Source: an uncultured Chloroflexia bacterium
GTDB taxonomy: Bacteria; Chloroflexota; Limnocylindria; Limnocylindrales; CSP1-4
Assembly: GCA_963763775.1 (NCBI GenBank)
Contig: CAVXPZ010000001.1
Span: forward strand, 1,280,001 to 1,344,000
DNA length: 64,000 nucleotides
Direction: 5' to 3'
Every line of letters starts with the position of its first letter. The stretch's first letter is position 1. A program made the position numbers and the translations under genes. The notes under the pieces are model-generated. The model was not told the DNA's origin, ran no database searches, and was given only the letters and a program-made list of their open reading frames with translations. Shown piece by piece: positions 24,399 to 35,024 of this stretch.

Positions 24399-24427
24399 TT
24401 GACGCTCACGCGACCGGCCCGTAGCAT
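24399..24427 (+). promoter_or_regulatory. Sigma70 promoter of the riboswitch transcript
   Basis: TTGACG-N17-TAGCAT, about 18 nt before riboswitch P1. Confidence 0.75.
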
Positions 24428-24445
24428 CCGCGCACAACCGAAGAG

Positions 24446-24551
24446 CTCTTATCAAGAGTTGGCTGAGGGACCGGCCCGATGACGCCACGACAACCTACCG
24501 ACCGAGTCGGCAAGGTGCCAAGTCCGGGCAGGACCTCCTGCGAGATAAGGG
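24446..24551 (+). ncRNA. SAM-I (S-box) riboswitch
   Basis: P1 CTCTTATC/GATAAGGG, ATCAAGAG, GAGGGA.CGGCCC.ATGA kink-turn/P2, CAACC...GGTGC.AA.TCC, P4 GCAGG/CCTGC. Confidence 0.92.
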
Positions 24552-24638
24552 ACCTCCCCTTCGGAGCCCCTCGACTCAGCCGAGCGGTCGCTACCCATCC
24601 CGGTCCCGAGGCGAACCCCAGCCTCCCGGAGCGACCTG

Positions 24639-25955
24639 ATGACGATCGAGACCCTGACCGCGAGCACCGCACCCTCCACGACGCGCGTCGACGCGCGGAT
24701 CACGGGCATGCGCTGCCGCAATTGCGGCCGGTCCGAGGCCATCGGCCTGTCCTACGTGTGTCCCGCCTGTTTCGGGCCACTCGAGGTCGCCTATGACTAC
24801 GCGATCGTCGGTCGCACGTTGACCCGCGCCGCGATCGCCGCCCGTGCGCCAGGGATCTGGCGGTACGCCGAACTCCTTCCGGTCGAGACCCCGCCGTCGC
24901 GGAGCCTGCCGGTCGGTTCCACGCCCCTGCTCGCCGCGGATCGCCTCGCCCCGACGCTCGGGGTGGAGCGCCTGTGGATCAAGGACGACACACGCAACCC
25001 GTCGCTGAGCTTCAAGGACCGGGCCGTGGCCGTCGCCGCGGCGCGGGCGGTGGAGTTCGGCGTCCCGGCCCTCGCCTGCGCGTCCACGGGCAACCTCGCG
25101 GGCGCGACCGCCGCCGCGGCCGCGGCGGCGGGGCTGCCGGCCTACGTCTTCATCCCGGCGGACCTCGAGCCGGCCAAGGTCGACCACGCCCTCGCCTACG
25201 GCGCGACGGTGGTCCCCATCGCCGGGACGTACGACGACGTGAACCGGCTCTGCCTCGAGGTCGCGGATGAGACCGGCTGGGGGTTCGTCAACATCAACCT
25301 CCGACCGTTCTACGCGGAGGGATCCAAGACGCTCGCCTACGAGATCGCGGAATCCCTCGGCTGGCGGTCGCCCGACGTGGTGGTCGCCCCGGTCGCCTCG
25401 GGGGCCATGTTCACGCGGCTCGCCCGCGGGTTCGAGGAGCTCGTCGAACTCGGCTTGATCGAGGCCAGGCCCATCCGCTTCGTCGGCGGTCAGGCGGCCG
25501 GGTGCGCGCCGGTGGCGACCGCGTTCGAGCGGGGCACCGACATCATCGAGCCCGTCCGCGAGCCCGACACGATCGTCCGCTCGCTGGCGATCGGCAATCC
25601 CGCCGACGGCCGCTATGCGGTCGAGCTGGCGGTCGCGAGCGGCGGCTCCATCGAGGCGATCGACGACCTCACGACCGCCGCGGCGATCCGCGACGTCGCC
25701 CGCCTCGAGGGGATCTACCCGGAGACGGCCGGCGGCGTGACCCTGGCCGCGGTCGCCGCCGCCCGACGGCGCGGCGTCATCCACCCCGGCGACGAGGTCG
25801 TCGCGCTCCTCACGGGGAACGGGCTCAAGACGCCCGACGCGCGGACCCTGGGCCACGGTGACGGCATCGCTCGACCGGGCGAGCCCGGCCTCGCGCCGGT
25901 GCTGCGGCCGAGCCTCAGCGCCTTCGAGCGCTGGCTCGAGAGCGGCGTGGCATGA
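24639..25955 (+). CDS. Threonine synthase-like PLP enzyme with N-terminal Cys4 motif
   Basis: CRNC..CPAC, NPSLSFKDR, ASTGN, EGSKTLAYE and TGNGLK. Confidence 0.88.
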   Translation: MTIETLTASTAPSTTRVDARITGMRCRNCGRSEAIGLSYVCPACFGPLEVAYDYAIVGRTLTRAAIAARAPGIWRYAELLPVETPPSRSLPVGSTPLLAADRLAPTLGVERLWIKDDTRNPSLSFKDRAVAVAAARAVEFGVPALACASTGNLAGATAAAAAAAGLPAYVFIPADLEPAKVDHALAYGATVVPIAGTYDDVNRLCLEVADETGWGFVNINLRPFYAEGSKTLAYEIAESLGWRSPDVVVAPVASGAMFTRLARGFEELVELGLIEARPIRFVGGQAAGCAPVATAFERGTDIIEPVREPDTIVRSLAIGNPADGRYAVELAVASGGSIEAIDDLTTAAAIRDVARLEGIYPETAGGVTLAAVAAARRRGVIHPGDEVVALLTGNGLKTPDARTLGHGDGIARPGEPGLAPVLRPSLSAFERWLESGVA

Positions 25956-26224
25956 GCACGGTCCGCATCCCGCCGACCCTGCGGGCCTCGACCGGTGGCG
26001 CCAAGCAGGTCGACGTCCCGGGCGGCACGGTGCGCGAGGTCGTCACGAGCCTGGTGACGGCCTACCCCGCGCTCGGGTCGCAGCTCCTCGCGCCGGACGG
26101 CGACCTCAACCGATTCGTCAACGCGTTCCTCAACGACACCGATGTCCGGCATCTTCAGTCGCTCGATACGCCCGTGGGCGACGGCGACACGCTCGTCCTG
26201 CTGCCGGCGATGGCCGGCGGCTGA
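25952..26224 (+). CDS. MoaD/ThiS/CysO-family sulfur-carrier protein
   Basis: 90-aa beta-grasp protein ending PAMAGG; ATGA overlap with the upstream gene. Confidence 0.9.
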   Translation: MSTVRIPPTLRASTGGAKQVDVPGGTVREVVTSLVTAYPALGSQLLAPDGDLNRFVNAFLNDTDVRHLQSLDTPVGDGDTLVLLPAMAGG

Positions 26225-26274
26225 CCGAGGCCGCTGCCCGACCCGCGCCGACCCGTTCGTCTACCGTTGTCCAC

Positions 26275-27493
26275 ATGAGCGAGCGCGTGGACCTGGCCAT
26301 CATCGGCGGCGGCATCGTCGGGCTGGCGACCGGCCTCCGCCTGCTCGAGGCCCGACCCGGGTTGCGGATCGCGGTCCTCGAGAAGGAGACCCGGTTGGCC
26401 ATGCACCAATCCGGGCACAACTCGGGCGTGGTCCACGCCGGCCTGTACTACGCGCCGGGGTCGCTCAAGGCACGACTCTGCCGCGAAGGCAAGACCGCCC
26501 TGGAGGCCTACGCAGCGTCGCATGACATCCCGATCCGATACCCGGGAAAGCTCGTCGTGGCCCTCACCGAGGACGAGCTGCCGCGGCTCGACGCCATCCG
26601 GGAGCGCGCCACCGACAACGGGGTCGACGGCCTCGAGGAAGTCGGGCCAGAGCGGATCCGCGAACTGGAGCCGGAGGCCGCCGGGATCCGGGGACTCTGG
26701 TCGCCGCGCACGGGGATCGTCGACTTCCGCCGCGTGGCGCTCGCCTATGCGACCGACCTACGCGAACGCGGGGTCCAGATCCATCTCGGGCGCGAGGTCG
26801 TCGGGATCGAGCAGCGAGGCAGCAGCGTCGTCCTCGCGACACCGGCCGGCGACCTCGAAGCCGCCAACGTCATCGCCTGCGCCGGGCTCCAGGCCGACCG
26901 CGTGGCCGCCATTGACCGGCGAGACCGGGCCGGACGTCCCGCGCATCGTGCCCTTCCGTGGCGATTACTACACGCTCACCCCGGACGCGCGTCACCTCGT
27001 GACCCGCCTCCTGTACCCGGTCCCCGACCCGCGGTTCCCGTTCCTCGGCGTCCACTTCACCCCTCGCCACGACGGCGCCGTCTGGGCCGGGCCGAACGCG
27101 GTGCTCGCGCTGGCTCGCGAGGGCTACAAGCGGACGGACATCGACGTCCAGGACCTCGTCGAGACGCTGTCGTACCGAGGGTTCCACCGCGTCGCGATGA
27201 AGTTCTGGCGGATGGGCGCCGCCGAGATGTGGCGGGACGTGTCCAAGCGGGCGTACGTCCGCGAGATGCAGCGCTACATCCCCGCGATCCGCGGCGACCA
27301 GCTCCGCTTCGGGCCGTCCGGCGTCCGGGCCCAGGCGCTCGCCCACGACGGGACGCTCGTCGACGACTTCAGCCTCGGCGGGAGCGGCCGGCTCCTCCAC
27401 GTGCGGAACGCGCCGTCGCCGGCCGCGACCTCGAGCCTGGCCATCGGGCGGATGCTGGCCGAGACCGCGATCGAACGCTTCGCGCTCGCCTGA
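26275..27493 (+). CDS. lhgO: L-2-hydroxyglutarate oxidase; apparent frameshift near 26912
   Basis: IIGGGIVG, HQSGHNSGVVHAG, PFRGDY, YPVPDPRFPFLGVH and NAPSPAATSS. Confidence 0.88.
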
Positions 27494-27514
27494 CGCGAGC
27501 GCCGGGCCGGACCC

Positions 27515-28685
27515 TCAGGCCAGGTCGAGCGCCTGGCGCAGGTCGTCGATGAGGTCGTCGACCCCCTCGATGCCCACGGACAGGCGGACGAGCGCGGGGT
27601 CCACCTCCAGCGCCGAGCCCGCCACGGACGCGTGGGTCATCGTGGCCGGGACTTCGATGAGGGACTCCACGCCACCGAGCGACTCGGCGAGCGTGAAGAG
27701 CCGGGTCCCCTCGGCGACCGCGATCGCCCGTTCCGCGGCCCGCCGGCCCTGGGCGCCGCCGTCCGTGGGCACGAACGAGACCATGCCGCCGAAGCCCGGG
27801 TAGCGGACGGTCGCGACGTCCGGCCGCTCGCGCAGGAACGCCACGACGCGCGCGGCATTGGCCCCGTGGCGCTCCATCCGGAGATGCAGGGTCCGCAGGC
27901 CGCGCAGGACGAGGAAGCAGTCGAGTGGCCCGGGGACCGCGCCCATCGCGTTCTGGAGGAACCGCAGCCGCTCGGCGACGGCATCGTCCGAGGTGGCCGC
28001 CACGCCGAGGATCGTGTCCGAGTGCCCCGCGAGGTACTTGGTCGCCGAGTGGAACACGATGTCCGCGCCCGCCAGCAGCGGCCGCTGGAGCGCGGGTGAC
28101 GCGAACGTGTTGTCCACGACGACGAGCGGCCGACGACCACCCTCGGCGGCGCGCCGCGCGACCACCTCGACGGCCGCCGCGATGTCGACGACCTTGAGGT
28201 GCGGGTTGGACGGCGTCTCGAACCAGACCAGCCGCGTCCGTTCCGTCAGCGCCTCCCACAGCACGTCCGGCCCGGCCGCGAGGTCCACGTAGCGGGCGTC
28301 CACGCCGTTCCCGCGACGGACACGCTCGAGGTATCGGAACGTCCCGCCGTAGACGTCGTCGCCGACGACCACCTCCTCGCCTGGCGCGGCGAGCTCGGCG
28401 ATCGCCGCCGTCACCGCGGACCCGGAGGCGAACGCGATGCCATGCGACCCGCCTTCGAGGGCGGCCACCGCTCGTTCCAGTCGTTCGCGGGTGGGGTTCT
28501 GCGAGCGGGCGTACTCGTAGCCGCGGCGCGGCTGCCCGACCGCGTCCTGCGCGTAGGTGCTCGTCTGGTAGATCGGCGGCGAGACCGCGCCCGTCAGCTC
28601 GTCCGGCTCGGCGCCGGCGTGGACGGCGAGCGTGTCGAAGCTCGGAGCGTCGGGCGGTCGGGCGGTCGGCGTCGTGGTGTGGCAT
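27515..28685 (-). CDS. Cystathionine gamma-lyase/synthase (Cys/Met PLP family); start region probably has a 1-nt indel
   Basis: PIYQTSTY, YARSQNPT, ETPSNP, VDNTFASP, HSATKYL.GH and LAESLGGVESL. Confidence 0.9.
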
Positions 28686-28710
28686 CGCGGCCATGATGGC
28701 ACCCGGGCGA

Positions 28711-29280
28711 TCAGCTCGTGACGGTCCAGCCATCGAGGTCGAAGACGAGCTCGACGCCGTCGATGTCGTCGACCTGGACGCCCGACTGCCGGAACCCGAA
28801 GTGCGACACCACGCCGAGCGAGGCGACGTTGTCGGGGGCGATCGAGGCACGGAAACGGCAGATGCCGTGCTCGCGGGCCGCCCAATCGAACAGCGCGGCG
28901 ACGGCTTCGGTGGCGACGCCCTGCCGGCGATACTCGGGCTCGACGTGGTAGCCCACCTCGACCCGCCCGTCGGCGTCCGGCGGCGCGTGGAACCCGACCG
29001 AACCGATCACCCACCGCCGTCCCGCCTCGTCGTCATCGGTCGCGACGATCGCCCGGCCGAGCCATGGCTGCGCGTCCGGGTCGGCCGCCAGGTCGGCGAG
29101 CCGGAACTGGAGGAAGCCGTCGAGGCGATCGGCCAGGTCCGACGGCACCGAGGCGTCGATCTCGCGGGACGCGGCCGCCAGGTCGCGCTCGAGCAGGGCG
29201 CGCATGAACGGCACCGACATGCTCTCGAGCACGAACCGCGGGGTCGGGATGGGCGGGACCTCGGGCACGGGCCGCATCAT
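28711..29280 (-). CDS. GNAT (RimJ/RimL-type) acetyltransferase
   Basis: EVGYHV...RRQGVATEA and N.ASL. Confidence 0.82.
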   Translation of the reverse strand: MMRPVPEVPPIPTPRFVLESMSVPFMRALLERDLAAASREIDASVPSDLADRLDGFLQFRLADLAADPDAQPWLGRAIVATDDDEAGRRWVIGSVGFHAPPDADGRVEVGYHVEPEYRRQGVATEAVAALFDWAAREHGICRFRASIAPDNVASLGVVSHFGFRQSGVQVDDIDGVELVFDLDGWTVTS

Positions 29281-29371
29281 CGCACCCGGGTCATCCGGCG
29301 GCGTCTCGTCGTCGTATCACCGATCAGAACGTGATACATTCCGAGCGCACGTTTCCCGACCGAGGAGTCCC

Positions 29372-30439
29372 ATGAGCACCGCCGCCCACGACACCACCGT
29401 CCCGGTCTCCATCCGCGAGCGGCTGCTCGCGTGGAAGGAGATCCTCGAGACCGCCAACCCGCCCGAGTCGCGGCCGCTGGACACGGTCGGCAAGTGGCTG
29501 GTCATCACCCGCGCCGCCGTGTTCCCGATGACGATCTGGTCCGGGCTGATCGGCGCGCTGCTCGCGGTCGCGGCGGCCGGGAGCCTGGGCGTCACCGTCG
29601 ACTACTGGCTGCTGACGATCTCCGTCGTCGGACTCGTGCTCGCGCATGCGGCGAACAACATGATCAACGACTACTTCGACACCGCCAACGGCATCGACAC
29701 CGAGGGATACGTGCGGGCGCTGTACGCGCCGCACCCGATCCTCGCCGGCTGGGTGACCAAGCGCCAGCTGGCCGCGGCGATCCTCGCGGTCAACGCCATC
29801 GACGCGGGCCTGATGCTGTATCTCACCGCGGTCCGCGGCCCGCTCATCCTCGCGTTCGCGCTCGCCGGGCTCTTCATCTCGGTCTTCTACGTCGCGCCGC
29901 CGATCCGGCTCAAGCACCACGGCCTCGGCGAGCCCGGGGTCTTCCTCGTGTGGGGTCCGCTGATGGTCGGCGGGACATTCCTGGCGGCGACCGGGGTCAT
30001 CCCCGCGTGGGTGCTGCTCGTGTCGGTGCCATACGCGCTGATCGTGACCTCGGTCCTCTTCGGCAAGCACATCGACAAGATCGAGGCGGACACCAAGCTC
30101 GGGGTGCGGACGCTTCCCGTGATCCTCGGCGAGGCGCGGGCGCGCAGCGTCGGCTCCTGGCTGATGATCTCGTTCTACCCGCTGACCCTGCTGCTGGTGG
30201 TCGTCGGTCTGGTCGGGCCGTGGGTGCTGCTCGTGGTCCTTGGGATCCCGCGCCTGCTCGACGTCCTGAAGGTCTTCGCCAAGCCGAAGCCCGCCGGCCC
30301 GCCGCCCGGCTACCCCGAACGCGGCTGGCCGCTGTGGTTCGTCGGTTGGGCGTTCATCCACACGCGGCGCGCCGGCGGCCTGCTGACGCTCGGCCTGCTC
30401 CTGAACGCGCTGCTGCCGGTCACGCTGCCCTGGCTCTAG
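29372..30439 (+). CDS. menA: MenA-like UbiA-family prenyltransferase
   Basis: NMINDYFD...GID, Y.APP..LK..GLGE and D..LGVRTL; GAGGAG RBS. Confidence 0.75.
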   Translation: MSTAAHDTTVPVSIRERLLAWKEILETANPPESRPLDTVGKWLVITRAAVFPMTIWSGLIGALLAVAAAGSLGVTVDYWLLTISVVGLVLAHAANNMINDYFDTANGIDTEGYVRALYAPHPILAGWVTKRQLAAAILAVNAIDAGLMLYLTAVRGPLILAFALAGLFISVFYVAPPIRLKHHGLGEPGVFLVWGPLMVGGTFLAATGVIPAWVLLVSVPYALIVTSVLFGKHIDKIEADTKLGVRTLPVILGEARARSVGSWLMISFYPLTLLLVVVGLVGPWVLLVVLGIPRLLDVLKVFAKPKPAGPPPGYPERGWPLWFVGWAFIHTRRAGGLLTLGLLLNALLPVTLPWL

Positions 30440-30443
30440 CCCG

Positions 30444-30998
30444 TCACGCGGTGACGTCCGGCTCCACGTCGAACCGGATGTAGGGCCGCCGCTCCTCGTC
30501 GAACACGACCTCGGTGAACCGGAACCCGAGCTTGTCGACCAGTCGCCGGCTGGCCGGGTTCGGCGAGTCCATGACCGTGATCACGCGGTCGAGGCCGAGT
30601 CGCGACCAGGCGTCCGCCAGGACCGCCCGGCCGGCCTCGGTCGCGATCCCCTGGCCGTGCCAGCGGGTGGCCAGCATGCAGCCGAATTCCGGATCGGGAC
30701 CACCGACCGGCGGCCCCGGGATCGTGAGCCCACTCACGCCGACGAACTCGCCGTCCGGCGTGTGGACCGCCCAGGCGACCAGTCCCCGGGCGCGGCCGTC
30801 CTCGAACCAGGGCAGGAATTCCGCCTCGGCCAGCCGTTCCTTGTCGGCCGCGGTCAGGCCCGGGTCGGCGAAGTCCGCCCAGTACCGCGTCACGACGGGA
30901 TCGAGCACGAGGTCGGCGACGAACGCCGACCAGTCCCGCGCGCGGTCGAACGGCGTCAGCACCAGCCGCTCGGTGACCAGGCGGAGCGCGTCAGGCAC
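30444..30998 (-). CDS. GNAT (RimJ/RimL-type) acetyltransferase
   Basis: LVTERLVL, WHGQGIATEA and NPASRRLVDKLGF. Confidence 0.82.
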   Translation of the reverse strand: MPDALRLVTERLVLTPFDRARDWSAFVADLVLDPVVTRYWADFADPGLTAADKERLAEAEFLPWFEDGRARGLVAWAVHTPDGEFVGVSGLTIPGPPVGGPDPEFGCMLATRWHGQGIATEAGRAVLADAWSRLGLDRVITVMDSPNPASRRLVDKLGFRFTEVVFDEERRPYIRFDVEPDVTA

Positions 30999-32409
30999 TC
31001 GGGGTGCGGCGATGGGCCAGGTACTCGAGGACGTCGAGCTTGGTCACGACCCCGACGGGCCGGCCGGCGCTTGTGGCGATCAGTGCGGGCACACCCGACA
31101 GCAGCGCGAAGGCCTCGTCGAGATTCGCGCCGACATCGACGACCGGCAACGGGCGGTCCATCACCTCGCCGACGGTCCGCTCCACGGTCGTGGGGTCGCG
31201 GAACGCGCGGTCGAGGAGGCCCTTCTCGGTGATCGAGCCGACGATGCCGTCGACCGCGTCGCCCGCGGCGTGCTCGGAGACCGGGAGCTGGCTGATCCCG
31301 TACTCCTGGAGGACGGCGATCGCGTCGCCGACGCGCTGCGTCGTCCGGGCGAGCACGAGGTCGGGGATCGGCCCGGCGTGGTGGCGGTCCTCGAGCAGGT
31401 CGCCGACGCGGACCACCGCGCCGGTCGTGGCCATCAGGGCGTTCGCGCGCATCCACTCGTCGTTGTAGATCTTCGAGAGGTAGCTCCGGCCGCTGTCGGG
31501 CAGCAGGACGACGACGACCGCCGAAGCGCCATCGGGCGTCGCCGCCAGCTCGCGGACGACCTCGCGCGCGGCGACCACGGCCGTGCCGCACGAGCCGCCC
31601 GACAGGATCCCCTCCTCGCGCGTGAGCCGGCGAGCCATCGAGAAGGCGTCGCGGTCGCTGACACGGATCCAGCGATCCACGACGGACGCGTCGTACGTCC
31701 CCGGCAGGAAGTCCTCGCCCACGCCCTCGGTCAGGTACGGCCGGGCGGTGTCGCCGGACAGGACGCTCCCCTCCGGGTCCGCGCCGACGATCTGGATCGA
31801 CGGCGCCTTCGACTTCAGGTAGCGCGCGGTTCCCGAGATCGTCCCGCCGGTCCCGACGCTCGCGACGAAGTGCGTGATCCGGCCATCGGTGGCGTCCCAG
31901 ATCTCCGGGCCGGTGGTGCGCTCGTGCGCGTCAGGGTTCTCGGCGTTCCAGTACTGGTCTGGCTTGAACGCCCCGGGGATGTCTCGCGCCAGCCGTGCGG
32001 CCACCGAGTAGTAGCTCTCCGGGGACTCGGGCGCGACGTTGGTCGGGCACAGGACCACCTCGGCGCCGTACGCCCGCAGGAGCTGCTGCTTCTCGGCGGA
32101 CTGCTTGTCGGCCATCACGAAGATGCAGCGGTAGCCCTTGAGCGCGGCGGCGATGGCCAGCCCATGGCCCGTGTTGCCCGATGTCGGCTCGATGATGGTC
32201 CCGCCCGGTTTGAGCAGGCCGGCGCGCTCCGCGGCCTCGATCATCGGCAGCCCGATCCGGTCCTTCACCGAGCCCCCGGGATTGAGCATCTCCAGCTTGG
32301 CCAGCAGGAGCGGCTGGCGATCGAGGGGCCCCAGGTCGCGGGTGACCCGGGTGATCCGGACGAGCGGCGTGTGCCCGACGAGGTCGAGGATGGACTCGGC
32401 GTACTGCAT
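30991..32409 (-). CDS. cbs: Cystathionine beta-synthase with C-terminal CBS domains
   Basis: KLEMLNPGGSVKDR, EPTSGNTG, GTGGT and PDSGRSYLSK; tandem CBS domain (ISQLPV). Confidence 0.92.
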   Translation of the reverse strand: MQYAESILDLVGHTPLVRITRVTRDLGPLDRQPLLLAKLEMLNPGGSVKDRIGLPMIEAAERAGLLKPGGTIIEPTSGNTGHGLAIAAALKGYRCIFVMADKQSAEKQQLLRAYGAEVVLCPTNVAPESPESYYSVAARLARDIPGAFKPDQYWNAENPDAHERTTGPEIWDATDGRITHFVASVGTGGTISGTARYLKSKAPSIQIVGADPEGSVLSGDTARPYLTEGVGEDFLPGTYDASVVDRWIRVSDRDAFSMARRLTREEGILSGGSCGTAVVAAREVVRELAATPDGASAVVVVLLPDSGRSYLSKIYNDEWMRANALMATTGAVVRVGDLLEDRHHAGPIPDLVLARTTQRVGDAIAVLQEYGISQLPVSEHAAGDAVDGIVGSITEKGLLDRAFRDPTTVERTVGEVMDRPLPVVDVGANLDEAFALLSGVPALIATSAGRPVGVVTKLDVLEYLAHRRTPSA

Positions 32410-32456
32410 CGCGGCCGAGTATAGGGTCGGCGGCGTCGGCGGCCCGTGGCGAGGGC

Positions 32457-34120
32457 TCAGTCCAGCGCGGCCGGCCGGACCCGTTCGCTCGTCGGCGAGT
32501 CGGACGGCGATGGTGTGGCTCCGCGGCTGGCCGGTCAGCGCGTCGAGGAACGGTTCTCGGGCGAGCACGACCAGGTCCACCATGCCGACGGCCCGGACCG
32601 TGGCGGTCCTCGGGACGTCGCGGACGAGGGCGATCTCCCCGAACGACTCCCCCGCCTCGGCACGGCCGATGACGTGCCGCGCTGCGAGACCTCGACGGTG
32701 CCGGTCTCGATCACGTAGAACGCGTCACCAGGGTCGCCCTCGGCGACGATGACCTCACCCGCCGTGGCGTGCAGCAGGGTCGGCCCCGGCCGCCAGCTGC
32801 TCGAGGACCGGCGCCGAGAGCGGCATGAACATCGGGACTCGTCGCAGAGCGCGCGAGCTGACGGGCGTGCCCGGACCCGGCCCGGTCGGCTCGCAGCAGC
32901 GTGGGCGTCACGAGGAGGACGGCGACCGGGAGGGCCAGCCCGGCGACGACCAGCGCCCGGACGGCGACAGCCAGACCAGCAGCAGCGGGACGGCGAGCGA
33001 CGCCGAGCGACTGGGCGCTCATCATGACGGCCTCCTGGACCCCGAAGACCCGGCTCATGACGTCATCGCCCGGCCATGCGCTGCGTCAGCGTCTGGATCG
33101 CGACATACGACCATCGACGAGCCGATGCCCGCGAAGACGAGGAGGCCGGCGGCGGCGAGCCCGCCCGGCGCCACCGCCACGGCCGCGACCGCGCGCGCCG
33201 AAGAGCGCCGCCGCCTGGACAAGCGGGCGACCCAGCCGCTCACGCCCGACGAGGACGACGGCAACGCCTGACCCGACGAGCGCCCCGAGACCGGTCGACG
33301 CACTCAGGAAACCGACGCCACTGTCGCCGATGTCGAAGACGTCGAGCGCGAGGACGGCGTAGAAGATGTCGATGGCTCCCGGCGAGGGCCATCGACATGG
33401 CCAGGAGGATGGTCACCGAGCGAAGCGGCGCGTCGCGTCAGGACAGCGCGGATCCCGGCCGCGAAGCCGCCGTCGTCGCCGGCATCTCCACGCGGCCTCG
33501 CCGGCGCGTGGACCGCCGGCCGAACCGACCGAGGCGGCGGCCAGCGGCGACACGATCAGCGCCGCCCCGAGCACCCCGACCGCGCACACCAGGAAGACGA
33601 GCGCCGGCCCACCGAGGCCCAGCAGGACGCCCGGCCAGGAGCGGGTCCGCCGAGGGCGCCGGCGCCGTCGACGACCCCGTGGCGACATTCGCGGCGGTCA
33701 TCTCGTCGGGACCGTCGACGACCTCGGGGATGAACGCCGACTGGACCGGCCGCGTCAGCGTGATGCTCGTCGCGGTGACCGTGGTCGAGGGCGTACACGA
33801 GGAGCGGCTCGCCCAGCACCAGGGCCGCGGCGGTCGCTGCCATCGCGACGCCCTGAAGGAGGTACGAGCCGAACAGGACCCGGGCCCGCGGGAAGCGGTC
33901 GCCGAGGGAGGCGGCGCCGGGTGCGACGATGATCGACGGGACGGACTCGATGAAGGCGATCAGCCCGGCCTCGGCGGCCCCGCCCCGATCGAACGCGTAG
34001 ACGACGACGGCGAGCCACTGCGCCCACTCGGCGACCGTGAACGCGAGATAGGCCGCCTCGACACGCCGCAAGGTCGGATCGCGCAGCGCCGTCGCGACGA
34101 CGCCGATCCTGGTTCCGCAT
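32457..34120 (-). pseudogene. Second MFS-cNMP fusion with many indels (sequencing errors or true decay)
   Basis: Fragments LRRVEAAYLAF..AEW, LGDRFPR and a cNMP tail (..PRTATV..VDLVVLAREPFLDALTG) are colinear with 10952-12625 but scattered over all three frames. Confidence 0.7.
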
Positions 34121-34130
34121 CCGACGGTGG

Positions 34131-35023
34131 TCAGCCGTCGCGGTCGAGGCGACCCGGCCGAAGGAGCAACCAGGTCAGTCGACGACGCAACCGCCTGGGA
34201 CGGCCGGGCGGGTCGACGGTCCACGGATGCAGCGCCGTGACACGACCGGTCCGAGGACTCGCGAGCCAGGGCGACGCTCATGCGTCGGGCGGTGTCGAGC
34301 TCCTCGCGGGACCCCGGCCTCCGGCAACGGCTCGTCCGGGCCGAGACCGGCCAACGCGCGCGCGGTCGTGGCCGGCAGGACGCGCGAGGCCAGGCGCCGC
34401 CCGAGGTACAGCTCCTCGGTCCCGGCCATCGCCAGCGGGACGATCGGGGCTTCCGTGCGGAGCGCGATGATCGCCCAGCCGTTGCGGAACGCACCGATCC
34501 GTCCGGCCGGCCCGCTGACCGTCCCCTCGGGCATCTGGACGAACACCGCGCCGTTCGCCACGACCGCGCGCGCCGAGGCCACGTGGGCCTCCACCCCGAC
34601 GCCGCCGCGCCAGACGGGCAGCAGCCCGCCGAGCCGGTGGATCAGGCGCTCCCGCCAGCGCGACGTGAACGTCGATGGGGCACTCCCCAGGAACCACGCC
34701 CGCGGCTCGGCCGGGAGCGCATGCATGACCACGAACGGGTCCATCCAGCCACGGTGCGCCGCCGCGACGAGGAAGTAGCCGCCAGCCGGCAGGTTCGCCT
34801 GGCCGTCGGTCCGGATCCGGAATCGGAACACGACGAAGCAGACGAAGCGGGCGACGAGTCGCAGGACCCGGTAGAGCAGCGACGCCCTGGCCTCGGGTGG
34901 TCGACCGAGCCAGGCGAGGCCCTCGACCGCGCCGCCGCGGGCGGCGGCCATGGCCTCGGGGGCGACGCGGGCGGGCGGCGGCCGGTGGCGGTCACCGTCG
35001 GGTGGGTGCCCGGCCTCGGCCAT
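34131..35023 (-). CDS. PlsC-type lysophospholipid acyltransferase; several indels near the 3' end
   Basis: AHRGWMD (HxxxxD), MPEGT and PIVPLA. Confidence 0.8.
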
Positions 35024-35024
35024 G

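Noticed and set aside
30991-32583. N-terminally extended CBS (530 aa)
   Set aside because: The extension is the frameshifted tail of the upstream MFS-cNMP gene. The true start is ATG 32409, after TATACT.
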